DNA from: Hemiscyllium ocellatum
Lineage: Eukaryota
Length of the DNA stretch: 64,000 nt
Reading direction: 5' to 3'
Assembly: GCF_020745735.1 (NCBI RefSeq)
Contig: NC_083402.1
Span: 7,502,001-7,566,000, forward strand
Part shown: positions 63,931 to 64,000 of the stretch, one piece after another
Position numbering within the stretch: the stretch's first letter is position 1
Layout of the letters: each line of letters opens with the position of its first letter
Notes under the pieces: generated by a model
The model's database searches: none
Told to the model about the DNA's origin: nothing
Seen by the model: only the letters and a program-made list of their open reading frames with translations
Program-made: the position numbers and the translations under genes

Positions 63931-64000
63931 GTTGAGAGGTAAGTATGCTCCTGAAAAAAAAATCACTTGTAACAGTCATCTTTGAGTTGGGGTAAACATT

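Noticed and set aside
1-64000. rRNA, tRNA genes, CRISPR arrays or prokaryotic operons
   Set aside because: None seen; tRNA-like A/B boxes belong to SINE heads

Overview
Eukaryotic genomic DNA, most likely from a cartilaginous fish (inferred from HE1/V-SINE-like SINEs, dense CR1 and L2 LINEs, Penelope-like elements and Gypsy remnants). Most of the window is nested, decayed retroelement sequence. Two unexplained systems stand out. (1) A minus-strand tandem cluster of Siglec-15-like Ig V-set receptor units. Unit 1 has an intact leader (43094-43157), V-A (30010-30396, with the sialic-acid Arg motif YRCRVE) and V-B (22316-22663) but no recognisable TM exon of its own. Unit 2 has dead V-A' and V-B' exons but intact TM (5231-5332) and cytoplasmic exons (3895-3934, 2602-2728). 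Unit 0 keeps only a V-A acceptor stub (59.1 kb) and cytoplasmic exons (55.1 and 53.9 kb). Unit 1 and unit 2 exons are phase-compatible and would give a 355-aa L-V-V-TM-cyt receptor with no ITIM and no charged TM residue. (2) Three families of Penelope pseudo-LTR repeats carrying minimal type I hammerhead ribozyme motifs with palindromic helix III, including TSD-flanked insertions, a palindromic mini-element and a twin-priming-like inversion. Exon models, ribozyme activity and the organism are inferred by eye. Repeat boundaries are approximate.
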